A stretch of 63,923 nucleotides of DNA, filler included, from Basidiobolus ranarum (lineage: Eukaryota), in the NCBI GenBank assembly GCA_040143965.1. It is 4 parts of 4 records of this genome, joined end to end, with 100 filler letters (N's around TTAATTAATTAA, not from the genome) between each part and the next. Parts side by side here need not be neighbours in the genome. Positions count along the whole stretch, not along the records: positions 1 to 16,032 come from JASJQH010007232.1; positions 16,133 to 32,126 come from JASJQH010007234.1; 2 more parts are not named here. The stretch is one strand, 5' to 3'. A program made the translations under genes and the position numbers. Shown piece after piece: positions 11,520 through 23,259 of the stretch. The notes under the pieces were generated by a model that had not been told where the DNA came from, did not search any database, and worked only from the letters and a program-made list of their open reading frames with translations. Positions within the stretch are counted from its first letter, which is position 1. Each line of letters begins with the position of its first letter.

Positions 11520-13039
11520 ATGTCTGTTTACCAAGAGGCTAAAGCGTTGTTTCGTCGCTCAACTATACCAAACCAACTGGTGGGTAGAGAAGAAGAGCGT
11601 GAGGTTTTAATCCACTTCTGGGACGAACATGTTACGGGTAACAAACCTGGTTGCTTATATATTTCTGGCAGTCCCGGTACTGGAAAAACTGCCCTCTTAA
11701 GTCAGTTATGCGAAGAGTTCAATCCCGACGAAGTTGACCATAAGGTTCAACTTATCAAGATCAATTGCATGAGCGTAAATGACCCAAAGGCCATCTATAC
11801 CAGACTCCTGAGTGAAGTTGGAGCTAGCAGTTCGGCTTCTAAGGATGCCTCTAAAACTTTAGAAAAGAAATTTCTCCACGGAACCACCTTATAGTAAGTA
11901 CACCGAGTCCCCTCTCCTCCAAAAAACTCATTCCCTAATGCACAATAGTGTTGTCATTTTAGACGAAATCGACCACCTGATTACCAAAGATCAAGATGTT
12001 TTATACAAACTTTTTGAATGGCCCACTCTACCTGAAGCGCGTTTAACTCTTATCGGTATTGCCAACGCATTGGATTTAACTGATAGATTTTTACCTAGAT
12101 TAAGGGCTAAAGATTGTAAGACTTCACATCAATTACCTGTCAAGTGGACTGCCCATTGAAGAATTATCTTTTGTAGGTGAACCTCAGATTCTAAATTTCA
12201 ACCCGTACAAAGTCCCCCAAATCATTGATATCATCAAAAACAGACTTCTCTCGCTCTATAGTGAAAGTCAGCTTGCCGATTTGAATGGTTCAGGTAAAAA
12301 GCCACCAGTGCCCATTATGCAGGTGTCTGCAATTGAGCTGTGTGCTCGGAAGGTTGCTGCCGGAACTGGTGACTTGAGAAAAGCCTTGGACGTTTGTAGA
12401 CAAGCCATTGAAATGGTTGAACTGGAGAGAAAAAAAAGTAGTGAAGTTGACGAAGCGGAGACCTTGATAAGCGCACCGAAAGTAACTATCAAGCACGTCA
12501 TGAAAGTGGTGAATTCTATGCTGGGATCCTCTTCCATGAAGAAAATCCAAGATCTCAATCTCCAACAAAGACTGGTGCTTATTTCCTCCGTTTTATTAAG
12601 TAAAAGTAAAACGATGGAAATGTCATTGGGAACGGTACTCTAGCCTCATATTACATGGACACTCCCTATCATCAACTAACTCAATTTATAGCTATATGAA
12701 CGCTACATCTCTCTCTGTCACATCAACAAATTCTTTACTCCAGTCACCCGTTCCGAATTCTTTGATTTGACCAACATGATCGAATCTACCGGCCTGATCA
12801 TCATTGCTAAGGGTAAAGATGAGCTACTGAGAAAAGTATCATTGAATGCCCAGGAGGAGGATATTCTTCGGGGGATCAAGGATAATGAACTTCTACTACA
12901 AGTGTATAACGAGGGGCTGAGTCAGGTCAACGAAGAAGCCAGTCAAAGTGAAACTATGACTCCCAAGACTCCTCGTACTCGTGCTGCTAAATCAACAAGA
13001 AGTGGCACCCCAGCTCGTTCCCTTCGTCTCCGGGCTTGA
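11520..13039 (+). CDS. CDC6: Cell division control protein 6 (AAA+ ATPase plus winged helix), 4 exons
   Basis: Walker A LYISGSPGTGKT, INCMS, Walker B VILDEIDHL, IGIANALDLTDRFLPRL, GDLRKALDVCR. GT-AG introns start at about 11894, 12116 and 12635. Confidence 0.95.
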
Positions 13040-14112
13040 TCCGGGGAACTGACCTCGTATTTGAACTATACACTTATCCATTTATTAATTAGCAAATGTA
13101 TTATTTATTTCTTCCATTGCGTTACCGTGACCTCTACTCATGTATAGTTAAAATACGTTCCGAATGTAATCTTTTGTAGTTATTCCCAGCTACAGGTAGC
13201 TTTATTGACTGTTTTTATTGTCAATAAATTGTCAATCTAACATTCATGGAGGTAGCTGGTCAACAACATTCATATATATCCATCGAGATATTGGATATTC
13301 ACCTAGTATACTGGAATATTAATTTGCCTATCTGAAAATTGGTTATGCTATGGAGATGATTTCGGTGAGCATTTAAGTACCCACCAACATACTAAATCTG
13401 GCAATGGTCAAATGTTTAGTCAGTTTATGCTTAGTTGGATTCCAACCTAGAATGTTAGTACTATATTTATAGGCTTGCGACCTCAGCTTGTGATGGATGC
13501 TTTTGGAATAATCCTAAGGCAGATCAGTATGGTGTGAAGTCAAAGACTGTGATATATATATAATTACATATAGACACCTCCAGTACTGCCTTGGTTAAGA
13601 ATAGGACACAAAACAACTTACTTCAGGCCAGTGAAGATATGGTTATGGTACTAATTGGAGTAAAAGGCATGCTCACAATATCAATCACCCAGAAAGTTAT
13701 CTGAGGGTGGCAACTTTACCAGATTCTACAGCAGCTAGCTACATTACAGCAAATTTGGTTAATGGTGTCACAATGCTCAGATCATGGGTTTTGCCCACAT
13801 CAGCAAACACTTCCTTGAGTTCTAGTCCAGCCATAGATTAAGGATCACAACATTTCTCAGTGTTTCTCAGCAAATTCAATATTCCCCTCTCATTTCTATC
13901 CAAGCCTAGTATCCACTAGCACCTACAGAACACCAAGCCTACCTGCCTAGCAAACCTACTCTCTACCATAACATAGCAACCCACTGCTATTCCCAAGACA
14001 TATATTAGTTAGATCTGTTCTGCTAATATATCCTGCTTGAGCAGTTCTAAGATTCTGAACTTAACAGTTACTTTGGTTCAGTAAAATTCAAGACTTTTTA
14101 TCCACTTTTCTT

Positions 14113-14919
14113 TTGGATATAACATTTTTTTTGTTGAATTCCATAAATTTCAACCACCAACTCAACATGGCCTCACCCACCAGTACTGTAAGTCTCAATA
14201 TTCTTGATGATGCCAGAGTAGCCAATGAAAACATATCCCAACAACTTGGTCAACATTTGCCTGAGAAAGATGCACATGTTTTGGAGTATGCTTCCCTTCT
14301 TCAATCAAGAACAGATGTAGAGCAAAGACAAGACCTACAGGAAGTCATTGCTTCTGAAAAGGAAGAAATCATCATTCTTAAGGAAAGTCCCCAAGATCTT
14401 GCCAAAACAATTCTCAACATTGAGAATCCTCAGATATATGGATGTTTCAAACTAGTGCTAGAAGCCCCAAACTTTGAACACATGTTCCTGGGACCTTCCT
14501 TAACTTGTTCTACATGTTAGTTTGTTTACATCTTGACAAAACTATCAATGTCAACTTGCTTTGCAATAAATCAATAAGTGAAAATCACCAATTCCACTAA
14601 TTCTCCAAACCACTTCCAACAGGCTCCCAAATACTTTAACAGACAAAATGCCATTAAAGACCCCATCAGCTTTCTTTACAAATTCATTAATGTCTTGGTT
14701 GCTTACCAATTAGAGACAGACACCAACTGGGCAAGATTGCTTCCACTTTGCCTTACTGTGCAAGATGCAGACTGGGTTGAGCATAGCATACCAGCAACCA
14801 GTTTCTGGAAAGATGCCCAAGACCACTTTTGCAAGCACTTTGATGACTCACTCAAAAAAGCTCACTTATACTATGATCTTTGGAGAATCAGAATCCCTGA
14901 CAAAAATAAATCAATTTGA
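14113..14919 (+). mobile_element. Decayed Ty3/gypsy-type gag relic interrupted by a copia LTR fragment
   Basis: KDPISFLYKFINVL...NWARLLPLCL...WKDAQDHFCKHF resembles fungal retrotransposon gag. The region is broken and extremely CpG-depleted, with decayed sequence on both sides (about 13500-16032). Confidence 0.55.
14429..14641 (+). mobile_element. 5'-truncated copy of the copia LTR
   Basis: Matches the 3' ~210 nt of the LTR at 16856-17194 (GAAGCCCCAAACTTTG...CCAAACCACTTCCAACAGGCTCCCAAATACTTTAACA). Confidence 0.9.
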
Positions 14920-16032
14920 TCCATATTGGATCCACCCTTCAGGATCATCAAACCATCAGAGATCCATCACAATATTGGTGGCTTGCATTCTGCCAAGGAT
15001 TGTGATGGTGAGACAGCAGCTTCTTGACAATATTTCAATGTTATTGTTACATGTTAAAATTTTGATCCTCATATTTGGCAAGTGTTATTTCATTTCCAAT
15101 GATTTTTGCAAAAATCTAATTTTCAAATGGCAAATTACTGTGTTTACTGCAGTAGGAATTCAAATTAATATGCATGCCTTTATTTAGATATTTTAGGCTT
15201 TGTATACCAGCTGTAATGATAATCAAAGAATACAAGAATCTCATTGTGTTTAGTCTATACCTATGCACATACTTGACTGATCAGACATAGCTCAACAACA
15301 TCAATATGCTCTACCAGCAAACAAATGGTTGAAAAGTTGCTAAACATCTGAAATTATGAATAGCACTGACACTTGGTAAATAGCTGACTCTTGTTACTGT
15401 TCACAATGAGAATAAGCTCTTGGATTTTGGCAAATTGCTGTAAAGAACTCAGCCAAAATATCCCCAACTCGCAGTCAATAAATGTCCTGCCACAAGTAGC
15501 TGTGTCATTGCTTGAATAGATTACCCCACAGCTAAAAAATAATACTGCATATCTCAATCTATCTCACCAAGAAGTTCATCTTGCAGCTTTCCTAGAAATA
15601 CTGACAGATTATCACACAAACAAATTAGTTCAAATTATGGTGGTACTTACTCTGTACCTATGGATTGGGTTTTGTTGCTGTTATTGTGCTCAAACATGCA
15701 AAATCCCATGAGCACATTGAAAAGGGCCCTTTGTTGGAGGGTTAATATACTCTGGAGTTACCTTAACCCATTGCATTACATCCACAACTAATTTTGCTGA
15801 AACATTGTTAATCAGGTTAGCATAAGGTAATAGTAATGCTTTGACATGGAGCACCATTTCACCACAGGTGTGCTCCATTGGGAACTTCCAGAATGTATAG
15901 CAAGGGCCTATAATCTCTAAGCATTGTGAAAGATGCAGCAGAGAATAAATTGAATACCAGCAGAGATGCTGCCTCTCTTCTTTAAACCTGTAATAAAGTT
16001 TTTCATATCCAATTACAAAATCTTTGCACAGT

Positions 16033-16132
16033 NNNNNNNNNNNNNNNNNNNNNNNNNNNNNNNNNNNNNNNNNNNNTTAATTAATTAANNNNNNNNNNNN
16101 NNNNNNNNNNNNNNNNNNNNNNNNNNNNNNNN
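16033..16132. other. Artificial 100-nt spacer (N-run, TTAATTAATTAA, N-run)
   Basis: Seen directly. The linker has stops in all six frames and is identical to the other two spacers. Confidence 0.97.
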
Positions 16133-16559
16133 ATATTCCTATTTAGAATATAGGGGCTATAGATACGTTGCTTTCTGTTTCTGATATATGTATCATAACT
16201 AAAGTTAACTATGATGTTGAATAAAGATTAATTATCCAACAATCCTGAAGTCAGAAAATTTGCTTCCTTTATTGAACATGCTGAGAAGCCCTCCCTTGCC
16301 TACCAGGAATACTTGGTGGACCTTTGGCAGCAATATCTTCAGAAACACACTCATTTTATGCTTTATGTTAATCCTAGCCTCATTCCACTAATTTCTATTG
16401 TTGACAAACCATTTTTACCTTTATTACTCCCTCCTACTCCACTTAATAGTGTCTTAGACTCTACTGACTTAACTTTTCTGCTTTGCAATATTCATACCAA
16501 TACTCCAGAACTTCACACTTTAATTAAGATGCTACAAAAGTAGCTATGGCTTCTTTGCT

Positions 16560-17194
16560 TTGTTAGAAATAAAGATTTCACCTGTTGGTGACTGTCTCCC
16601 CCCTACAATATTTCAACATAATCAAAGGTGTATAAAATTAGCTAAAAATTCCACATTTCATAATAGAAGCAAACATATAGATATTAGACATTGCTTTGTT
16701 AGAGAGACTATAGAGAATAAGTTTAATGACTTAACTTGTTGTTCTACAGAAGACATGATTGCTGATATATTAACAAAACCATTAGCTAGACAGATATTGA
16801 AGAAATTTAGACCTTCCTTAGGATTAGTTTATATGACTATTTAGTTGAGGGAGAATGTTGAAATTAGCATTGCCTAAACACCTATATAGTCACATATAGC
16901 TTAGTACTTAGTTATCTTATATTTCACTAAGACATTACCCATTATTCTCAATTGGAGTTTACTTAGGATATTTTCACCAACTTAGAAGTTCTCAGATATA
17001 TAAATTTTTTAAAGAAGCCCCAAACTTTGCACACATGTTTCTGGAACCTTCCTTAACACATTCTACACGTTAGTTTGTTTACATCTTGACAAAATTATAA
17101 ATGTCAACTTTCTACTCAATAAATCAATAAGTGAAAACCACCAATTTCTCTAATTCTCCAAACCACTTCCAACAGGCTCCTAAATACTTTAACA
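16560..17194 (+). mobile_element. 3' end of a Ty1/copia retrotransposon: RNase H tail, polypurine tract and 3' LTR (16856-17194)
   Basis: FHNRSKHIDIRHCFVRE...DMIADILTKPL is the copia RNase H C-terminus, with a stop at 16844. The PPT GAGGGAGAA lies directly before TGTTGAAATTAGC, and the LTR ends TTTAACA. Confidence 0.93.
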
Positions 17195-17582
17195 GTTTTG
17201 ATATCAAGCAACCGATCGGAACAATCCCGTAATGAATAAAACAGAATAACCAGTTGTTGAGGAATCTGAGCAAAGCAAAAGCCTGCATATAGTTTAGCAT
17301 AGTCCAAAATTCTGACAATTGTATCAACCACAGCGCCGCAATTGTATAATTGTTCTGCCTCAACATGAAACAAAATAATCAACCTCTTTAAATTTTATCC
17401 GATTTCTCTGTTCCAATCACCACTAATCGTGTTTAATTTAGAGATGTGATTAGAATTTTTATGATGGTTATTGATGGCTACTGATGAATTACACAAGCGG
17501 CCACTGCTACTGCTACTATTAACTCCACGAATCTTTATTTACTTCCTTTCTACGAAAACCTAATTCTTTTAAAATCAAGCCT

Positions 17583-19642
17583 ATGGTTAAACCCAAACTC
17601 GAAAACTCCGAAGTTCCCCAAAGAAAACTCTCTACAATAGACAACAGTACTTTGATATATTACTATAAGTAAATTATTGGATTTTCTTTTTAAATTAGAA
17701 CTCTCCCAGTAGGGACACAAGGGGAAACGACGGGTGATGTATTCGAAAAAGAAGAGTCCGAGGTCAGTCGCCCAAAATATATAAATAAGTGGAAAAGTTT
17801 ACTTAGATCTTCTTTTAGCCTTTCCAAGCATCTTCGTCACAAGTCTCTTCAGATCGCCTCAATAATCGAGCCTCAAAACCCCCAATTCCTCCAAATACCA
17901 AGATGCAATCCTCCTCGTGTAACAAAAGTTGGTGTTAATATGCATGTATCTTAAGATCAACATATTTGCTCAAACTTTTCTACCCTAGAGCGTGAACATA
18001 CGGCTGCACAAACCACCCTTACAACGCAGAAAGCAAAAGTAAGAGCGAAAATTTGTCACTTGGCGGAAAAATTTCTAATGCCTATGGGCGATTTCAACTA
18101 GGTCCATAAAAAATTGGAAAAAGTAGCTGAAGATCGGTATAATTTATGTAATGGTAAGTTCAATGTTATCAGTGTTCTGCAGAGCTAGTGGTTTAACCTT
18201 TGACTTTTGGGTTTTGCTTCTAGAGACGGTGTCTTCCAATTCTTCCTCTAACCCAGTAAATAACAATCGGATATATGATATAAATTAAAGCCAAGCTAAT
18301 ACTGGATCATTTTCTTCAGGTAAATGGGAACAATGTAACTGATGGTGAACGTTTTACTGGATCTTCGGGATGTCCAAGTGATTCTCAAGGTATGTCTTTA
18401 AGCACTATGGCCTCATTTATGTGATAGTTATCTAACTTATCAAAGAGCAAACCATGCAAAACTCAAATATGGTTGCCATGTCTATTGCTGAGCCATCAAA
18501 GGTAATTCGAATTTCCCACATGTCGTACTCGATGACCAGCACGTACTAAACCATTTTGTAGCGACTACTCTTCATTAATAGAGAGAAGAATGTACGAGAC
18601 TTGCCTGAATCTCCTCGTTCACCTACTGGGATTGGTACGTTGAATTCGGTTTAAGATTGTTCTAGTCGCAAAAGTAAAAACTGGAGTTACCATAGATAAT
18701 CAGCCCATGACTAGAGTTCCATGGGAGCCTCAAACTCTACATGATGTCTATACCCCTGAAACGCCTGTTCCTTCAACTTCGAGTATGAATTTAGAAAAGA
18801 ACCCTTTTGTATGGACATTAACTGATGGGTTACCATTTTGTATGAAAACGTATTCTTCTTAGGTAATACCACCATCCCAACTACAGTTCATGATGTAGAG
18901 CCTCTTCCCCAGGACTCTGCCCACGTCAATGAAGTTATTGATTTAACACCGAACACTCCATCTTGGCGTCCACGGGCTAATGCACAGACAAGATCTCAGG
19001 TTATTACCATTGAAAGCGACGAAGAGCCAGAGGTCAGGCCCTCTCCACTTACATTTGCTCCTACCGCACAGAACGTACCATCGAGAAACCCAAGTCAGGG
19101 GACTCGAGGAAGTCGACGCCCCAATCCTCGTCGTCGCCGTTCACCTCGCTACGATTTTCTCAACTCAGTGTACTCAGATTTTCGGTTTATACATGGTATT
19201 GTATCAGCTTTATCTATTTATATTCTCTATCAAAGTTAAACTGAACTTTTCTCAAACAGCATTTGAGAATCTCTTTGGTCGAAATCTCATGAGAATGGAA
19301 TCTAACCTACCGACTCCCGAAACATTTCATCTATTTCACGGTGGAGAAGAGGAATTTAATCGTAGTCCGACACCACCACGGCCAGTTGAGCGTCCGCGCC
19401 CAACGAAAGTCCCCGATAACTTGATGAAATTAGAAGGAAAAGGGTATAGCGTGAATGTTCCAACCGAACAGGATGGCCTGATTGTATGTGCAAAGTGTGA
19501 GGAACGTCCACAGAGTATGCATGCTACGGGATGTGGTCACGTTTTCTGTGAAGAGTGTATCAGTCAAGTGATGGAAGCCAAAAAGTGTCCATGCTGTAAC
19601 AAACGTTTAAAGCCCAAAGATGTGATTAAACTGTTCATATAA
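17583..19642 (+). CDS. RNF4/Slx8-like SUMO-targeted RING E3 ligase, about 13 exons
   Basis: Exons splice in frame from ATG 17583. A disordered N-terminus carries SIM-like EVIDLT and VITIESDEE. The extreme C-terminal C3HC4 RING is CAKC...CGHVFCEECI...CPCC...KDVIKLFI. Confidence 0.75.
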
Positions 19643-20054
19643 GCATGAGACTACTTTTCGAGAAGTGAGATTTCCGCATTGGATAGTATATTTGTAGATT
19701 TTTGGATTCCCTCATCTACATTTACTATCTCATAGATGAATATCGCTTTTTTAAAGACATATTATTGTAATACTTCCCCCCCCCATTTATTTACTTCTCC
19801 CTTCTTGTATATTGTTTGCTTGTACAATAAAAACTATGCTGAATATTTCACGCATGTGATACTTTTCCATTTCACTGGTTTTGAAGGGATTTTACTCACA
19901 GATACCGATTCTCTACTAATCACGAATCAACACTAATTGGAAGATGAGCGATATGAGTAGAAAAGGGTCAAAGAAGAACCCACTTTATGTACAAGAGGAT
20001 CCGAGTATGAGTTATGTTAAGGTGGTATATAGAGAGAATCCAAGGTGGGAATTA

Positions 20055-21149
20055 CTAAGCTGGATTGTCATTATCTCTCATTTCGAAGCCCTCAATTTTA
20101 GACTTGACTAAATCTGCGCAAGATTCCACCATTGCAGGATTTTTTCCTACGAAAGAAACGACCACATTTACGGTATCATTTTTCCACTTTGGATAGCTTC
20201 CAATTTTTACTGCTGTTCCAACCTCCTCTTGGGCTTCACTCAAGATCTGGGCAATTCTGGATTCCATTAAAAGAGTGCCGATCAATCTACGATGGAACTT
20301 AGCAGTACCTGATAGCTCTGCAGCCATTTCCGGTCGATAATCCTCCAACATTTGTTGGAACAGTCTAGGAACTCCTGGAAGTATGTATACATTGGAAATA
20401 ATGGCTAATGGAACCCACAAACCATGACTAGTATATACGATTCTTGCATTTTCGGGAATCAGAGCCATACGTTTACGAGCTGGAGTTAGCTCCAAATTTG
20501 GGGAGACTTGTCGCATACGAGATAAAGTAGGTTCATGATAAATTACTTTTTGTTCGAAAGCTTTGGCAATAGATTCGTAAGTAATATCGTCGTGAGTAGG
20601 ACCTGTAGTGTGAAGGTTTATATGAGTTAGAAATAGGGGATATTTATGGAATAGATTTTGAATAAATATATCAAGTACCAATGCCACCACTAGTAAAAAC
20701 ATAGTCATGGTTAGCAGAAAGACGTTTTACACTTTCTACGATATCTTCCGTTATGTCTGGAACAATCTCCACACGACGCATATCTAAACCCAAATCAAAG
20801 CAATATTGTGCTACAAAAATATCAAAGTGTTCAGCTAAGAAGTCACTAGGTTTGATAGTAGAAGGTTATATTTACCCAAAAAATGAGTGTTGGTATCTTT
20901 GGTTTTCCCATTGAGTATTTCGTCCCCAATGATACAAGCAGCGACAGTTTTACTTGGGGCTACGTCTGTATTAATGGGTTTTTGTGTAGCACATAGCTTG
21001 CTAGAATGAAAACTTCTCTAAGCACATAGGTGACGTGAGTTTCGAGTAGAGTTCTACGTTGTCAAAGAAGTAAAGATAGTTACCAAAGAATATCTGTTTA
21101 TTAGAGGGCCTTGAAATAGCGAAAAATGAGTTCTAAACACTCCTTTCAT
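20055..21149 (-). CDS. Molybdopterin-binding/CinA-like domain protein (FPY1-type FAD diphosphatase family), probable mitochondrial presequence, 4 exons
   Basis: AACIIGDEILNGKTKDTNTHFL, TSGGIGPTHDDITY, VYILPGVPRLFQQML and IGSYP motifs. The N-terminus MKGVFRTHFSLFQGPLINRY is basic and lacks acidic residues. Confidence 0.85.
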
Positions 21150-21447
21150 GATAGTGAATAAAATAAGCCAGTGAAAGGCGATATAATGAGCGATATGATG
21201 AATGACAAGTTCAAGCAATACTCAAACTTGAAGATATATTTATCTCAGTCAGTTTTCAGTTTTTAGATCTCGCATTAGATGAGCAGATTCCACATGGCAT
21301 GTGAGACAAAGATAAATATGGACCAATCACTAATGAAGTTGATTGTTTGGTTTAATAGCGGTAAGCATTGGTATAGTATCATTTGAAGCTGTTGCTAGTA
21401 CATTATCTTCTATTACAAAATATCCGTGTATTGTCTCTTATATACAA

Positions 21448-23259
21448 TTACCACTCATCAAAGCCATCATGGGATGTCATCCGGATTCTTCCTCGGGCCG
21501 GATTCACATCGAACAGTTTGATGTTGGGATGCATGCACGATTGAGTAATTCGGTTGCGAGAGAGATTTAGAACCAAGTGTTTACAGTTTGGCCCCGAAGA
21601 CAGAGCCTTAGAAAGCAGTTCCAATCCAACATCGGTGATATGATTATTACTTAAATTTAACTGGAGAATGTTAACTTTGTGTTGCTGAATTTGCCTTGCC
21701 AAGGGCTCGATAGCTCTATCGGAAAGCCGACTGTTTGGGAGTGATAAAGCAGTCAAGGTGAAGAGTGGAAGATACATGAATAACCGGTCACTTAGGGTAA
21801 ATCCAGTGGCATTACTAAAGCAGAAATCAATGCTCATGTGTTGTAGGTTTGGATGTTGTGTCAACAAACACAAGAGTGCCTTAAAGGATGCTTCATTATT
21901 GATAAAGTTCCCGAGAAAAGAAATCTTTTCCAGTTTTTCACAACCTAGCAGCCCTTCCAAAAGACACGAACTTCCGTCGACTCCTGGTTGACAGTGATCT
22001 AGATTGATACAACGGATCCCTCTGTTAAGCTGGAAAGCTTTCTGGAATGCTTGTGAGCCACTTGAGCCCAGGCTAGAATCAGAAATATCCAGAGTGCGGA
22101 GGGATTTGTTGACAGAAAGGCTCTGGGTTAATTGAGGTATCGCATATCCGTCTAAATCACAATTGGCCAAATCTAGTGTTTTTATTTGGCAGTTTGGCGA
22201 GGACAGTAGATCCCCAAGTACCTTTAGGGTCATCTCGCCTACCTCGTTGTCAGTTAGTTTGATTTCGGTCATTTGTGGAGATTTGCAAATGACTTTTTCA
22301 ATTAAATATCCTATTTCTTGGTCACTCGAGTCGTTGGAAGATAGCCGAAGTTTTTGAATGGAAACTCTCGACAGAAAATTACCCAACGCATCAATAGAAG
22401 GGGAATTGATTCTCGTCGATACCAACTCCAAATGAAACTCGCGCTTGGCTGGTATATCCAACAGCTTTGCTAATGATTCCATGATATCTCGAAAGATTCT
22501 TCCGTCGTATAATTTACAAAACAGAAATCCTACTCTGGTTAATTCCTCAGGATTGGAATTTTGAAACAAGAGTCGTACATTCTGTGCTATCTCTGGTTGA
22601 GTGAGTAACGTATGGAATTCCAGGTGGCGAACACCAACAAGTTTACGTAATACTGGATGCAAATTGACTTGAGAAAGAAAGCTGTGGTGAAGCTTTAACG
22701 TTCGAACATTTTTCAATATTAGAGTCAATACTAAGTCTAAAGGTGTTGCGGAATCTAAAGCCATCACCGGCCGTAGAACGTCAATCCAACCAGTGGCTTG
22801 TAATAGATTACATAGCTTTTGGCTATAAGATAAAGTTTTTGGACGTTTATCTCCATGCTTTTCCTGGGATTGGTTGCTCTTTAACAACACAGTAGCTATC
22901 TTCTCTAGTGCATTGTCCTGCTCACACATACCTGTCTGAGTTTGTGACTGATGTAAGGTAACTATTTCTTGCCAATGGTATTTCCACAATCTCTCTACGT
23001 ATTCTTCTTTACTTCGCGAGACATCTCGTTGATTTAGAGAAGGCCAAGAAAAATGAAACTTTAGACTGGCTGGTTTTTTATCCTCAATTTCTAATAATTC
23101 GTCTAGAATGAGCAACTGGAGGGGGGATAACAAAAGAACAAGTTTTTGACGCCAGGATCTTCTTAACGAGGGCCATATTTTATGAAAAATTATTCCGGGC
23201 GGAAGTGTAGCTAATATTTGAAAAGTCAAACATAGTAGACTTGGAACTCTCGCATTCAT
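21448..23259 (-). CDS. Single-exon RNI-like leucine-rich-repeat protein with an N-terminal BC-box/Elongin-A-like segment (LRRC41-like architecture)
   Basis: About 10 RI-type LRRs (LRTLDISDSSLG, IKTLDLANCDLD, LNLSNNHITDVG). N-terminus reads VPSLLCLTFQILATLP...LSPLQLLILDE...ERLWKYHW. Confidence 0.75.
   Translation of the reverse strand: MNARVPSLLCLTFQILATLPPGIIFHKIWPSLRRSWRQKLVLLLSPLQLLILDELLEIEDKKPASLKFHFSWPSLNQRDVSRSKEEYVERLWKYHWQEIVTLHQSQTQTGMCEQDNALEKIATVLLKSNQSQEKHGDKRPKTLSYSQKLCNLLQATGWIDVLRPVMALDSATPLDLVLTLILKNVRTLKLHHSFLSQVNLHPVLRKLVGVRHLEFHTLLTQPEIAQNVRLLFQNSNPEELTRVGFLFCKLYDGRIFRDIMESLAKLLDIPAKREFHLELVSTRINSPSIDALGNFLSRVSIQKLRLSSNDSSDQEIGYLIEKVICKSPQMTEIKLTDNEVGEMTLKVLGDLLSSPNCQIKTLDLANCDLDGYAIPQLTQSLSVNKSLRTLDISDSSLGSSGSQAFQKAFQLNRGIRCINLDHCQPGVDGSSCLLEGLLGCEKLEKISFLGNFINNEASFKALLCLLTQHPNLQHMSIDFCFSNATGFTLSDRLFMYLPLFTLTALSLPNSRLSDRAIEPLARQIQQHKVNILQLNLSNNHITDVGLELLSKALSSGPNCKHLVLNLSRNRITQSCMHPNIKLFDVNPARGRIRMTSHDGFDEW

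Noticed and set aside
17116-17382. Two overlapping minus-strand ORFs
   Set aside because: They read across the LTR end into intergenic DNA and are not genes.
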